Positions 48,638 through 62,485 of a stretch of 64,000 nt of DNA are shown here, piece by piece (the stretch's first letter is position 1; each line of letters opens with the position of its first letter). The notes beneath the pieces were generated by a model. It had not been told where the DNA came from. It saw only the letters and a program-made list of their open reading frames with translations, and ran no database searches. The position numbers and the translations under genes are program-made. The stretch spans positions 1 through 64,000 of the forward strand of contig ML002229.1 of assembly GCA_003614675.1 (NCBI GenBank), given 5' to 3'. This stretch comes from Dimargaris cristalligena. Taxonomy: Eukaryota.

Positions 48638-49372
48638 TGCTTTAATGTATGAGTGTGCGGGTTATTTTAATTAAAAAATATATATAGGAGGGGAATGGGG
48701 GTAATGTCAAGGAAGACGGAATAAATATACGAACTGGACAGTCGAGGAAAACAACAAGAGGACGAATTCCAGAAGAGATCGGTGCTAACAAGGCAGGTAG
48801 GCTGGTCCACTCACTAGGAAAGGTAGGAGGGAGACTAAGAGGGGCGGGTCAATAATACTGGGGGGATGGGGCGTGCATGTGGGGTGGGGTGGGAGAGATA
48901 GACTGATATCCAAAGGACATACACAGCAGTAAAAAAGGCCCCTCCTCCTCCCCTTTCTCTCTGTATGCTGTGATTGGAATGGGTCAAAAAAGGACCATGA
49001 TGCGATTGGCGATTATCCCATCCATTCGCCCCAATCTTTCTCATTTCATCAACTATGTCTTTTTACAGCACAATTGACATATCCCGCGATAGGCCAATCC
49101 AACATTTATAAGGTGTATCTTTTAACGATTTTGACAGATGATTAAAGTGAGGACGACAAGGGCTTCATAGTGGGATGTCATCCCCCTATAGGTAATGAAT
49201 ATATATTATATATATTTCAATAATGGCAATGTGGGTGGCCCGTTGGAACACTCTATATCCTATACGCCACTTTGAAGAATTTAGAATAGAAAGGGAAATT
49301 ATAGATTAAAATTGAAACTAAAAAATGGACTATATAGGGGTATTCAAACATCAATCAAATCAATAACTATAA

Positions 49373-52042
49373 TCACGAGTAATTCTCAATCGCCTGGATA
49401 AGCTGGTTCGACTCCTGGACAAAATCAATCGGGGAAGCCGTGAAGATCTGGTAGCGGACCTTGCGACTGTCATTGTAATTCTCGGCCTTAGCCTTACAGC
49501 GGAAGAGGTAGGTCTTGAGCAAGGGTGCCTCGATCGTTTGCTTGAATGCCGTCGGGTCGGATTCCTAAGATATCACAATAGAAGGATATATATATAAACA
49601 GTAGAGAAATGAGTAAAAATTAGACCACCTTCGCTTGAGAGGTTGCTTAAAATACCCTTCGATCTTGTCATATCACATATTTACTATTTAACTTACCCGA
49701 AGAGCCTCCAATTCATTGGCCGTGATGCCCAAGAGCTGCTCGGCCACTTCATTAAAGCACTGCAACCAAATCTGACCGGCATGATCACAGGTATTGATGG
49801 TCATGATGTAGCGGTACTGCGGATTGGGGAAACTCTGGTCACATTTCTCACAGCGCCAGGCACTGCCGTTATTCACCACCTTCTTCTGACACCCGTCGTT
49901 GGGGCAGGCTGGGTAGGCGAAGTTGTCCGCCTTGATGTAGGTGATGGTGCCCCGGGTACTGAAGTAGTCGGGCTTCTCCCCGTTGCCCAGGTTTTCGTCC
50001 TTCACCTGGGCGAGGTTCTTGCGGGCATCCCGACGCTGGCCGGCACCGCCCGCGGCCATGCCCCCGAAGTCACCCCCTCCACCACCTCCCATGGATGAGT
50101 ATCCCAGGGGCTGGATGGAGTGTTGTTCGGAATCGAACCACCCGCGCAGCCGGTGGGCTTCGGGGATATCCGGATTCGCGGACACCGTGGCGGTGGACAT
50201 GAGGGAGAGACAGCGACCCCCAAAGTCACCCACCTTCACGCCCTTGATGGCCAGCACCGGGTGGTCGTCGCCATTAAAGTCCTGCGCATACTTGCCCCAC
50301 AGGGTCAGGCGAACCGCGTAGCGCGACATGTCCATCAGTTGGATATCCCGCTTAGAGTAGGGCTTCTGGGTATTCTTCGAGATCAGCTCGGTCACTGGAG
50401 ACACCTCCTTGACCACCCCAATGACGTCAATGTGGGCGTCCTTTTCGTGGTCGTTCAAGCGGTCCAGAGGAACAAAATTGTACTTGATGGATGGGACGTT
50501 AGCCGCCTTGGTACACAGGGTCACCTCGGTGGTGCGCTCGAAGCCTAATTCGTATTCGTTCTGGAGGGTGTTGAACTGGGCCCGGGCCATATTTACCTTA
50601 GGGTTGGCGATGTAGTATACTTTGCCCTCTTCCAGGACGTTGATCAGGGAATCGGCCATCTCGTTAAAGGCCGTGGCCTTGATTTCACCACTCTCGTCGA
50701 GCAGGTTCACGCTGAATAGCTTGCCCTCCCCTTTGGCGTTGCGCCAGAAACGCATGTCGCTCTTCTGGGTGACCCGGGCCTGGATAGTGGCCTTGCCCTG
50801 GTAGGGGTTGAGACCACGAATGGGGATCACGTTCGGTGGGGGGGCTCCTCCGCCGCCCACGCTCGAAGAGTTGTTTACGTTGTTGCTGTATAGGTGGGGG
50901 TGGGCAAGGTGTTTACATAGACATACCAGAATTAGTTAGGGTACAGTAACAGGTGAAGCGGGCTGTACATGGGATGGGAGGAGTCTAAAACCACTGGGCC
51001 AGGGGATTTAGTCACGTAGAGAAGAGGGGGTGTCTTACTTGTAACTTGAAGCGGAAGGATTGTTGTGGCCATAGCCCATGTTGGAGGTAGGGGGAGGAGG
51101 GGCTTGGTGGCTATTAGAGAGAGGGAATATCGGATCGGGGTCGTAGTGGGTGGCGCAGTAAAGTCACGGGGTTAGTAACCAAACAAAGGGCTAGGATTTG
51201 GGCCATTGATTCAAGAGGTAATAAATAATACGCACTTTACACATAAGAGGAGAGGGGGGTATATGGCCCGATAAACCACATACTCCTGGGTGCCTGAAAT
51301 GTAGTGTAATTATAGGAGGGCAGCTCCTTACCTGGGGGCTCGGGGCGTACTGTAAGAAGTCGCGGCGGGGTTGACCGGGGCGGGCGCGGGAGCGGAAACA
51401 GCCGCCGCTGATGAGACATCCGCAGGAGCGCCGACAGGAACGGGGGCCCCGATGTTTGCACTGGCCTGGTGGACAATTTCGATTTGAAGGAGCACCATGA
51501 AACTAAAGGAGGGGGATGTCGATTGATTGGCATACACCGAATTAGATATCATTAAAAGCCATTGTAAAATTATAACATTTAAACTCGCCACCAGTGTCAC
51601 TGGCGCATCCGGTCCGTCGGGGTTAATCGGATCAAGCCGCCGACTGGTCTGTTCGCTTCTAGTCAGCCCTATAAAATGATACGTTTTACATATAGGTGGT
51701 ATTGGGGAAGGGATTCACTGGAGCATATACTACGACCACTTACGGCTTTTCCTTGATGCGGTTGCAGGTGTACTGGGTGGCCCGGAAAACCGTGTTGGCC
51801 TGCAGCTGGCCGGAGGTGATCAGGTGGAACAGCTGGGTGGTCAGCATGCCGTGTATGGTGTTCACTCCGTCGGACAACAGTAGGCGAAAGCGAATGGGCG
51901 GGGGACCTCCGGTGTTACTATCGGTAGGCGGCTGCTGCATTTGACGGAGGGCCAGCACCTGGAGTACCGGGTTGTGGGCGAGGGGGGAAGTCCTATCTTC
52001 GCGGAAGACGGCCTCCACGGCGCCTTGGGTAAGTGCAGTCAT
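49373..52042 (-). CDS. RFA1: Replication protein A 70-kDa subunit, 5 exons
   Basis: MTALTQGAV, RFRLLLSDG (RPA70N), GLNPYQGKATIQARVTQKSD, GEGKLFSVNLLDESGEI, KGVKVGDFGG, zinc ribbon YPACPNDGCQKKV..WRCEKC; ends IENYS*. Confidence 0.96.
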
Positions 52043-52872
52043 ATGGTGTGTGTGGTGGGAGAGAAAGTGAGGTGAGGGGGTATCGAATGAAGCAGAAAGG
52101 CTAGAGAGGGTAAATAACCTCGGTGCACTGGGAAAGAGATGGGATGACGGTGGTGGTAGTGGCTTACTAGCCAAATGGAACGAAACAGTAATTGTAGATC
52201 AAAGTGAAATAAAAAGCGAAAGCGAACGCGAGTTGGGAAAGTTGTGGCATAAACCTGGTGGGGTGTGCGAAAGGAGGTGGTGGACACGAAAGACGCCTGG
52301 CGCAGTCGCTGAAATAGAAGAGGTGGTGCATATATTTTAGCTTCCTCCTCCTCTCTGACAGCACCTTTAGGGAGGTAAACAAAACACGGGATTTGTATTG
52401 CTATAGAATAGTATGGCATAGTATAAAGAATAGCCGATCTGCCGGTGTTTTGGCCTATTTCATGGGATATTTCTCCTGGAATGCGCTCATTACATTTCCC
52501 ATGCCTTACCCACTCTGATTGGCCACTATATCCTATTATTGAGTGTGCCTCCCACTAGCTAGTTAGCTGATTCTGACAAAGTCGGATGGGGCAATGATAA
52601 CAGTGTGGTTCAAGGTTATACACGCCCTACAACAACCCATGCTGTTTGCCTCGCTGGTAATGAAGCACTAGAATGTCGTTAAGCAAAGCAGGTTTAATAA
52701 AATGACAATCACTATTTACTAGTCGGTAGAGTAATCTCGCGTAAAGACTATAGAGCGGCCCAGTCGACGCGACGCCGAAATCAGCCAGCCCACCACAGCA
52801 TACATCTCTCCATACATAATCAATGTAGGCAACATGATAGAAGAGTGCCCCGTCTCGTAGCTATCTATCCCT

Positions 52873-55328
52873 CTAGGCAGCCTGTCCCGCCATCAAATCA
52901 TCCAGCACCTGGACGAACCGGTAGACGTCTTGGAACGAGTTGTAAAGCGGGGTAGGGCCCACCCGAATACAGTTGGGTTCCCGTTCATCGCAGACGATGC
53001 CGGCCTCGGACAGGCCCGCGAACACGGGTCGGAAAGCCGCCGCCGGGAGAAGCAGCGACAGTTGGCAGCCGCGGGCCTCGGGGTCACTGGGGGTCATAAT
53101 TGTGATGCCACCGCTCTTACCCTCCCCCTTCCCGCTGAGCCGCGGCCGCCGAGTCAGCTGGTATTCCAAATACCCGGTCAGCAGGATCGATTTCCGGCGC
53201 AGGGCGGCCATGTCGGTGCGGCCAAAGACGGTGAGACTGGCCAGGAGGGAGGTCATGGCGAAAACATTGGGGTTAGACACCTGGTAACCGGCCGTTTCCT
53301 GGATGGGGTCCAGTTGGTCGCGCATCTGGAAGCGGGTCGCCTTTTGGTTACTCCACCAGCCGGCCAGACGGGGTCGCTCCTCGTCGGGCTGGGCGTACTT
53401 TTCGTGGACGTAAATGCCGGCAATGCCGCCCGGTCCCGAATTGAGATACTTGTACGTGCACCAGCAGGCGAAATCGACCGCCCAGTCGTGCAGGTAGAGC
53501 GGGACATTGCCCACCGCGTGGGCCAGGTCGAAACCCACTAAGCTGCCCTATGTCGAGAAAATATACCGCATATCCATTTGATTATGATATATATAGTGAG
53601 TAAATGGGTGATTTTTAATTAGTATCGATAACATTGGGTGCTGTGTGTCAAACAGTTGGCTTAGAAAGGTGTTGGCATCCACCCACACAGGTTGAGCGAT
53701 CTACATCCGGGAAGGGTTAGCCCAGGGGTCTACAAGACTCTCCGGGTTTTCTCAACTTACCTGAGCGTGACCCGCCTCCGTGATCCGTTTCATATCAAAC
53801 AATTGGCCGGTATAGTACTGTATGCCACTGAAGAAAACGAGGGCAGTTTGGGAGCCCTCCTTCTCAATCGCCTCGAGGATATCCTCCGTGCGCAGACAGT
53901 GTTCTCCTTCGCGAGGGGCCAGTGTAACCAAGGCTTCCGCGGGGTCCAGACCATGCCAGCGGATCTGAGATTCAACCGCGTACTAATAGGTGCCATTGGA
54001 AGGAAAAGGGATTTATACCCCAATGCAGTAATAGCAGAAAATAATACATAGGATGGTAATGCCGTTAGAGAAAGTGCAACTGGTAGAACCCCAGTGGGGC
54101 CCGTGGTAATTTAGCGGTAGATAGCGGTGGGGTAATGTAGCTCGAGGCAGGAGCTAGCGGTTACTTACCCGATCCGAGGGGAACGCCTTCGCCTCCATAA
54201 TAACCTTGAATCGCTGGGGGGTCGGTTGGTAGAAGGCGGCAAACAGGAAATGGATATTCACCGTCAGTGTGTTGAGGATTGCGACCTCGGATAATTTGCA
54301 GCCTAGGTTAATAGCCAAGATGAATTAGACCAGATCATATAGTGTTTTAGCTATAGAGGGTCAGTACCCCGCACATTCGTAGCAGTGGTAGGCGGCGGGG
54401 TGCCATCATCAGCCATGTAATTTGTATTGGTCATGCTCAAAGTAGAGGGAAGGGGGCTCCTACTTACCGACAATGCGGGCCGACTCCTGCAGCACATTTT
54501 CGTCCGAGGTAAGCCAGGGCCGTTGGTAAGCGTGACTGTGGTGTCCAAGAACCCCTCTGTTTCGATGGAGGGATTAGCCAGGTGATGAGCAACAAAATGG
54601 ATCACAAGGTTGGTTAGATGTGAGACCTTTACTACAACAGTTTCCTAGGACCTATTGCAGCAAGCCAGTCACTTATCGCGCGGATCCTTCTCCCACGCCA
54701 GTATACAACCCCAGCAGCATGTTGTCCGACCTGAAACAAAACGAGTCACAAATCCGCCAAAACAACCTAACCTACCGTTTGGCCCAGATCTCGAGTTCTT
54801 CCAGCAGGTACTGCTTGGTCGCTTTAGGCTGTAGGCCCAGCGAATTGCCGCATAAATAGGTGCAGAGTTGGTCTTCGGTGGTGTCCTTGGGGGTCGAGTT
54901 AGCGGCTGCCGGTGGTGGCATTAAACACCAGTATCCAAAATCGTGGTAGTGGGGTCGTTAGTAATCTGTGATCTTATTGGGGCGAATGCCTTCGAAATGG
55001 GGGTATCCAACCCTCTCCTATTACCTTGCTGAACCGTGCTAGTGGTTCCTTTGGGGGTTTCCACCAATCTCTGGATCGCTAGATAATATATTCCCTAATG
55101 AATGAAGAGGGGTGGTGGGCTAAATGTTGTTAAGAATACAAGGCATATGGTGAGACTATATTACGTACCGGAAACACCCTTCACCTCCGCCCGGGTGGGG
55201 TAGCAGAACTCGTCTCGGAAGTGACGAAGGGGGTCCTGGGCGTCGAGGGCTTCGGCGAAGGCACTCCCGAGCGGGTCGAGATTAGTGGACTGGGCCAAAG
55301 CCTCGAGTTGGTCGGCGGGGGAAGGCAT
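52873..55328 (-). CDS. BNA5: Kynureninase (de novo NAD biosynthesis), 6 exons
   Basis: [56 protein letters not shown] lysine motif [12 protein letters not shown], and [11 protein letters not shown]. Confidence 0.95.
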
Positions 55329-55921
55329 AGTGCAATAAGGGAGGAATAGAAGTAGAGAAGGGTTGGGTCAAACAGACAACGAGAAGTGCAGTGAAGTGAA
55401 GCTGAGTGAAGTGTACAGTCAGTAGTTAAGAAAGTAACGGGGTTGGGCAACGAATGGTCTATAAATAAGAGAGCTGGTTGGGGACAAAGGTATTATTAGG
55501 GAGAGTTTTATCAGAGTGGTCTAATGATAAATTTCTCAAACTTAGGGGCCCTGGGAAAACTAGTGACCGCCTTCTTTCTCCCTTACAAGGGCGTAAGGGC
55601 TCCCAGAGGTTCAGCCCGGCCAATGGCGCGCGCGGGGAATCAGTAAACCTACTTTACCAGGATTTTGGAGGGGCCTTACTCGCTCAAGGTCCGAGAAGTT
55701 TGTCACAGGCGCTGCTCAGCCAAGGGAAGAGGAGGTAGCATTGTGGCTCAACCACACTCCTCCTCACTTTAACTACTTTTTGGCTCATTTTCCTCGCATT
55801 TCTTTTACATACCATCCATCCGCCCATTCCACTAGCTAAACCATCTACTTTACCCGGCTGTTCTATTGAAGACAGCACCGCCCCCTTCTCTTTATCTCCA
55901 CACCCCCGAATCCAAGCGACC

Positions 55922-58061
55922 ATGTCCCATGGTGTACGGCGCGTAAAAACCACCGCCGAGGTACAGCTTCTTAAGAAGCAGAAGGAAGCCAAGCTCATCG
56001 ACGAATACCGGCAATTGACCTCCGCCGTCTTTCAGAAGGTTAGTTGCTCTTAACCGTGGTAGGGAAGCAGTAATCCCCCTTCCTCTATTTAATTATATTT
56101 GGCTTGTCGGAGTTCTCTCTTCCCTCTCTCTTCATTGTTCTACCCGGGTTACCTGGGACTACTAAACCTAAAACCGTCCGTTTTGTTCGTATACTATGGA
56201 TGGTTGTATCATCGCAACTGCCCTTCCCCGAAACTCGGATATTAAACTCCCATGCGGATGGTATCCCTTAGCGTAAAGACCTCTGCTACGACGACGAGTC
56301 ATTTCAACTCACCACCCGACTTCTGCGTAACAACCCCGAGCTATACACTGTTTGGAATTACCGCCGGGAAATTCTTCTTTCGCGGTTCGATAGCTGGTAA
56401 GCCCCTTTCCCTTCCCCATCTGACGTGGCTTTGCCGTTTTATGAAGCTCTGGTACTACACGCCCCCAAATAGCTGGAGTCAACATGATTTCATAAGTTTC
56501 CTTTACAATGTATGATATTTTATCCCTTGGACCAACCCATTATTACCACCATTGCCGGTGTCCCAGTTCGGAAGCTGAGGTGACCGAGGCCTGTCAAGCG
56601 GAACTAGACTTCTTTATGGAGGTCATTCGCTTCAACCCCAAATGCTACTGGATTTGGAATCATCGGCTGTGGGCCTTGAGTACCACACCTTCGCCCAACT
56701 GGGATATGGAGCTCCGCCTGGTCGGTAAAATGCTCGAGCTCGATTCCCGTAACTGTAAGTCTGGGAATTTCATATAGCCCGCTCACCTATCCTTTCAATT
56801 AGGCCATCGAGTAACCCCCTCGTTTCGTCACCCCCCCCTCCCTCCACCTGAGTTGAGTTCCCGCACAGTTGTCTATGTTATATCAAACTAGGGGTTCCCA
56901 TTGTTGGATGAAGCTAATCTCAGGCCAGTATTTACTCTATAAATCTATCCACCGTGTTACTGTTTCCGACACTTACTCCTCTCCTTCTAGTTCACGGCTG
57001 GGATTACCGCCGGTACGTCATCGATAAAATCTGTAGTGTCCAACCCGAAAATATCCTGGCCATCAATACCCGGGAATTTGATTATACTACTCAGAAAATC
57101 ATGGAAAACTTCTCGAACTTCTCGGCTTGGCATAATCGCCTAAAGCTACTGGAGATGATTTTACCCGGGAAGACCCTCGAGGAACGCCGGGCGTTAATTG
57201 CTAATGGTAGGTTTTATTTAGCTCATTAAGCCGTACTACCCTAGTGGAACTACTTTTAGTTGCTTGTATATTTTCCCCGATTTTCCGCCATGCCCTTGGT
57301 TGTCTAACCGTTGAATGCAATTCCTACGGGCGGGTCCCATTCAATATATACACATGTATTTTTTTTTTTTTTTTTAGAATTTGAGCTGGTTCAGAGCGCC
57401 CTATTCACCGAACCCCAGGACGAATGCGGCTGGCTACATTGGCGTTGGCTCATCGAGCAAGGTAATTGTCCGCTTTGGGGGGGATTTGTTATAATACCAC
57501 CTAACGTGTATAACATCTGATTACTAGCAATATGCTTGGAGGGTATTAAGTTAATTGTATGTTGACAATGATGTGGGCTATACAATTTCCACAAATAATC
57601 TGTGGTTTAACTTTTAGAAATATCATTGACTGAGGCGATTTCTGAGCAGCTTGCCACCGTGGTCCGCGAGACTGATACGATTGCCGAATTATTGGAATTG
57701 GCCCCCGATGGAAAATGTAAGTGGCTCTAAGTTCAATTCATTTTGGGGATATACTTTAGTTAGGCCATTGTGTACTTTGTGGTGGTCTGCTATTTGCCTA
57801 TTACACTGCCCTTATTTCAATATGTGTCCTCACTGCTAATGTCCGTTACTTGATTTCATTTTACAATTGTCCAACTATACCTTTCGCGTGCGACTATATT
57901 CTACATTGATAGTGGTATTGCGGAATATTATACTCCTTTACCGTATAAAGCACGGAATCGAACCCTTGAACGCTGTTGATCGGGCCAAAGTAGGCCAGTA
58001 CGTACAGCGGCTGGCTGAACTCGACCCGCTGCGAGTTGGGTTGGACGAAAAGTGGTGGTGA
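55922..58061 (+). CDS. BET4: Rab geranylgeranyltransferase alpha subunit, ~7 exons
   Basis: MSHGVRR start and prenyltransferase alpha repeats: NPELYTVWNYRR, NPKCYWIWNHR, ELDSRN|.HGWDYRR, NFSNFSAWHNR, FTEPQDECGWLHWRWL; C-terminal LDPLR. Confidence 0.9.
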
Positions 58062-59819
58062 GGATGCTGATGCGGTAGGGTTTGCCCGGCCGACTCAGTT
58101 GGGTTGGACGATGGAGTCATCAGATATATTTTGGGGATTGGCTGGGCGTTAGTTGCCGCCTAATGTACCTGCTATACCTTATTACAATAAACGTCCATAT
58201 ATTAATAGAGACAGGTGGTTGATTTAAGTACCAGTAACACCCGTCATGTCGCCTACCAATAATTGAAGCAGCATGTGAGTCGAGTCTTCACGGTTGGGGT
58301 CATGGGATGTAAGCGAGGAAACCTAAATATCCGTTTCTGATGACGAACTCCCGATTGGGGAGAGGCAACCATGCCCTAAAGTGGGCTAAAAAGGCTTGGT
58401 CTGATACATGAAAATAGATGGGGGGAGGAGGAGGAGGAGGAGTGGCTCAATAACACTATTCGAAGCCCGCCTGATCCAGGTGAGGCAGCTGGCTAATCTA
58501 AAGGTGGCCATAACGGCCGTGTGCGCGACCGTTTCGGGTTACTTGGTACCTTACGCTCCACCCCCTCCAATTTTAGAGCGATCGATGGGAAGCCGTCGCT
58601 TCTTTTCGCTTTCTTCGACCCCTTCTTTATTGGCGTTGCTTGTGTGACGGGCGGGTCCGTGCCTCCCAGCTGACCACTTAGGCCAGCGAGTCCATCTTAA
58701 TCCAGAAGGAGGGTCGCGGCATTAGGTATAGAGGCGACGAGGGGTTGATCGGCCAGCTTCCCTCAAAATACACCTTCGCAACATAAAACACGGCTTTTCT
58801 TTTCTTGTTTAAAATAAAAACACTATTTTAAACCGCCTCGAGTTAGTAGCGGAGGAGGCTGAGCACCTCCCGTCTTCTCTATTTGTATTACTCGTTTCAG
58901 GTGATCAGGTGGGTTGTTCATTAACTTACACGTAGGTAACCGTTTCATCCTTACAATAGCGTTGCGGGAAAAGTCCCCCGTGCCAAGGGCAGTTCCTAAT
59001 CAGTAACGGGGGCCTCCACTAGACATTGGGGCATGTGCGATTGTAGATGAATAAAGTATTACAGTGGGAGTGGGCGACTGACTTCCGGTTTAGCATTTTT
59101 GTAACCCATCAATGATAGTTTACAGTGTTACACCTTTCTCTATATGGCAGAACCTTGCCTTCGCTTTTTGATGTTAGGGGGCTTGTGCAGCTGTTTCCTA
59201 TTTCAAACTTGCGCTACCGAAGCGACGAGTGTTTTCTGTATCGCTTTTCCCCCCCTGAGATCTAAAACAAAAACCACGAACCTCAGAGGTAAGGGTGTTT
59301 GATACCAAAATTAGATTAGGAAATCCTGCCGGTTTAGATGCGCCCTTGGGGTAACGAACCAGTGGGTGTCTGATCTATGCTAAAGCAAAGCAGAGGGGAA
59401 CAGAGAGTTTCACAGAGGATTGAAAAAGTCATTCGGAATATATGCTTCGCCCGTCGGCAAATACACCTCCTGTTCAGTGCCAAACGGAGCACCTGTCTGT
59501 AATCATTATAATAGTTGCAGCTGTTTGATAATAATATGACATTTATCCAGCCAATGATGTGATTGACAGCCCCAAACGCCCGTCTAAATGACTGGCCGTG
59601 CCTATATCCAAATCACTACTTTCTCTCTTGTGAGGTACTTGGGTTGGGAGGTCTATAAAAGGATCCCCCGCCCACCTTTTATTAGAACCATATCCCGCTC
59701 CCAACCATCGTCACCTGACTGTCGACCGCGCCATCAGCCCCGTCTACACCCCATACCACTACTTTCCTGCATTCCTAATCAGTTTCCGCCCCTTTTAACC
59801 CCTCCCACTCCTTGTCATC

Positions 59820-60410
59820 ATGAAGACCACCGCCCTCCTCGCCAGTTTTTTCGTCGCCGCTCTTGCTGGTGTTCAGGCCGGCCCCACCGTCGCCACTCAA
59901 ACCTGGTCAGTTTCGGAACTCGAAGCACTCGGCCCCCACGGTCATAATCCCATCATCGAGAAACTCAAAACCGCCGGTTCCGACGACGCCGAGTCCAAGG
60001 GCACCGTCGCCAGCCATTTCTACCAGAGAGAGCAACTCGGCATCCAGTCCCCCCGCCACTGGAAGTACTCGGCGGCCCTGTTGATCCTGATGGATAACTG
60101 TATCGCCGCTTTCCAACTGCAGCAGGGGCCCAGTCCCGCACTGGACCTGGTGGCAAATCCCGCTGGGGATCAGTCGGCAGACTCCATCGAACGGGTGTAC
60201 TTCCAGATTTTGGAGGGTCCAGCCGAGGCCGGGGGTCGCCATTGTGTGCCCACCCAGATTCATGGCGCGGCCCAGGGGGGGCCGTACCATATTCAGAGTT
60301 TCCGGAGCGACTCCTCGGATAGCATCGACGGCCTCCTTTTGCAATACATCCAGGAAAACCCCCTGATCCAGACCACCAACGCTGATGGTACCTCTTCAGC
60401 CAAGCTTTAA
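59820..60410 (+). CDS. Small secreted hypothetical protein (196 aa)
   Basis: Clear signal peptide MKTTALLASFFVAALAGVQA, GC3-rich codon use, and TATAAAA at ~59655. No recognised domain. Confidence 0.75.
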   Translation: MKTTALLASFFVAALAGVQAGPTVATQTWSVSELEALGPHGHNPIIEKLKTAGSDDAESKGTVASHFYQREQLGIQSPRHWKYSAALLILMDNCIAAFQLQQGPSPALDLVANPAGDQSADSIERVYFQILEGPAEAGGRHCVPTQIHGAAQGGPYHIQSFRSDSSDSIDGLLLQYIQENPLIQTTNADGTSSAKL

Positions 60411-60737
60411 TTATTATGAATTCTGTCCGATCCTAGCTAATAGGCAATACTGAGAACTATGAGAAGTTGGTCTATCCACTTGATCCTGGGGATTTCGGTC
60501 ACTCGATACTGCGTCCCCTTTAACGAATCTGCACTAAAGTTTAAACTATACAATGTTATTATCCAATTACCCCCATCCGGGTCTATATTATTTGTTATCA
60601 AAATAAAAGGAGCTGATGAACTCACGTAAAGATGGCAATATTTAGGCAATACTTCAAAGCCGCGACCAATGTAAAGTCATATTTACAATGTCAGTAAGCA
60701 TACAATCAACGCCGAATAGTAGTTGTTATTTATATGA

Positions 60738-60770
<33 letters not shown>

Positions 60771-60796
60771 GAGTATTGACCCATACTATCCACAAG

Positions 60797-62117
60797 TTAG
60801 AGAGCCCGGTACCACCGCAAGCTCCGGTCTTCCGACACCGAGACCAGGTGGTTGCCCTGATCATTGAAGGCCACGTCCCATACATGGTCCTGGTGGTGGG
60901 AGAGCGTTTCAGTGCACTGCCGCATCCGAGTGCTCCAAAGTTTCACGGTGTGGTCGCCCGATGCGGTGGCAATCTGGTCACCATCGGGGTGAATGGCTAC
61001 GGAGAGGACCCACGACGAATGGCCGGAGAAGGCCGCGATGAGGTTGCCGTGTCGGGCGTCGTAGACCTGCACCCGGTGGTCATCCGAGCCGGAATATAAG
61101 CGGGTGGAGTCTGGGCTAAATGCCACCGTTCGGACTACAGTAGCATGACCTAGGTAGTCCAATGAAAGAATAGGTGGGCAAAGGCCGGAGTCCAGTCAGT
61201 GGAAGGTTGTCGGGGGAACAAGAAAGATTAGTACATTGTTCGTTTAGTGTCTTGACCAAGCGATCTTCATCCATGAAGGTCTAGCCCGTTGCTATTTATC
61301 AAACCAGCGTGGGGCTAATAGGGGGTCTGGGATTAAACTGACCATCAACCGAATTACCAATGGCCATATGCACAAACATGATGCTTTGTTAAGAAAACCC
61401 CCTCACATATGGCATATCACTTACCGCTTAAGCTGTGTAGAAGTTTGCCTGATTCGATATCAAATACATCGACATTCCCGGCCTTCGTCCCGCAGGCCAG
61501 GTACTTGCCGTTGGGGCTGTAGGCCACGGCCATGGCAAACGACGGGGAAGCCTTAACTTCCTGCACCGGGGTGTCGGAAGCCACGGACCATAATCGGACG
61601 ATGCCGCCTTCGCCTCCCGTGGCGAACCCCTGGCCGTCGGGGGCTAGCGTGACCCCCCACGTCTGGGCCGGTTCGGTCTGCCAGCGTTGCAGGGACTGAC
61701 CCGTGGCCAAATCCCACCTGAACAGCTGGCCGTCTAAGCCGGCGCTTAAAGCTACGGTCCCGGCAGCGTCGGTGGTGACGGAGGTGACCCCAAGGACATG
61801 CCCCGGCAGGGACCGGATAAGGTCGCCGGTGGAGGCGTGCCAGCAGTGAATGGACTCATCCACGGAACCGGTGATGACCATATTGGCGCCACTGGCCCAG
61901 GCGACGGCCCAGATGCCGTCGGTATGGGCGTCGGGGGTTTCTTGGTCTACGGTGTACATGGGCTGGGGGTAGGAGGGTATGCAATGCGGATAGTCGAGGC
62001 TTAAGGGACTGTAAATGTATAGGCAGGTAGTAGGTAGTCGACGAGGGTAAAATTAGAACGGAAGAAACTCGGGAACGAGGCAGTCGAAACTCCTATTGGC
62101 AATGGGGTATTCACCAT
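60797..62117 (-). CDS. SKI8: WD40-repeat protein Ski8/WDR61, exons ~61962-61425 and 61149-60797, probably with an ATG-only first exon at 62117-62115
   Basis: DAHTDGIWAVAW, GHVLGVTSV, VRTVAFSPDS, AFSGHSSWVLSV, HQDHVWDVAFN. The start could alternatively be the ATG at 61959. Confidence 0.85.
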
Positions 62118-62485
62118 AGAACCACCACGCCCCCTTGCACTTTACAAATAGGCCTTACTTGTCAGTCGTGGTGGCTATAAGGGGGAGAGGGTTGGTGCCA
62201 GGAATTCTGTACAGTATGGGTTCCAAATAGTCACGTTATCTATTGGGTTGGTTAAGCGACACACTTTAGGTGAGAGGTTTGGACAATTAACCTACAAAAA
62301 TATTCGGGGAACTACTCCAAATTGTAAAAAAAAACAACATATATCGAGCCAATACACCGAATTCGGGCTAGACCGTACTCTGCAATCGCACTTCCTTTTA
62401 TCCTTGTCCATTCTCTCCCTCTGGCATTGCAGTGCCCGGCCCCCCTACCCTACGATTCCATTAACTTTTCCTTTCTTAATACACC

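Noticed and set aside
58966..59185. GAAAAGTCCCCC ... GGGGGCTT, reminiscent of the RNase MRP P4 pseudoknot
   Set aside because: No GARAR P8 loop or convincing P1-P3 stems seen, and the C-run pairs equally well with a nearby ACGGGGG. Needs an Rfam RNase_MRP covariance search.
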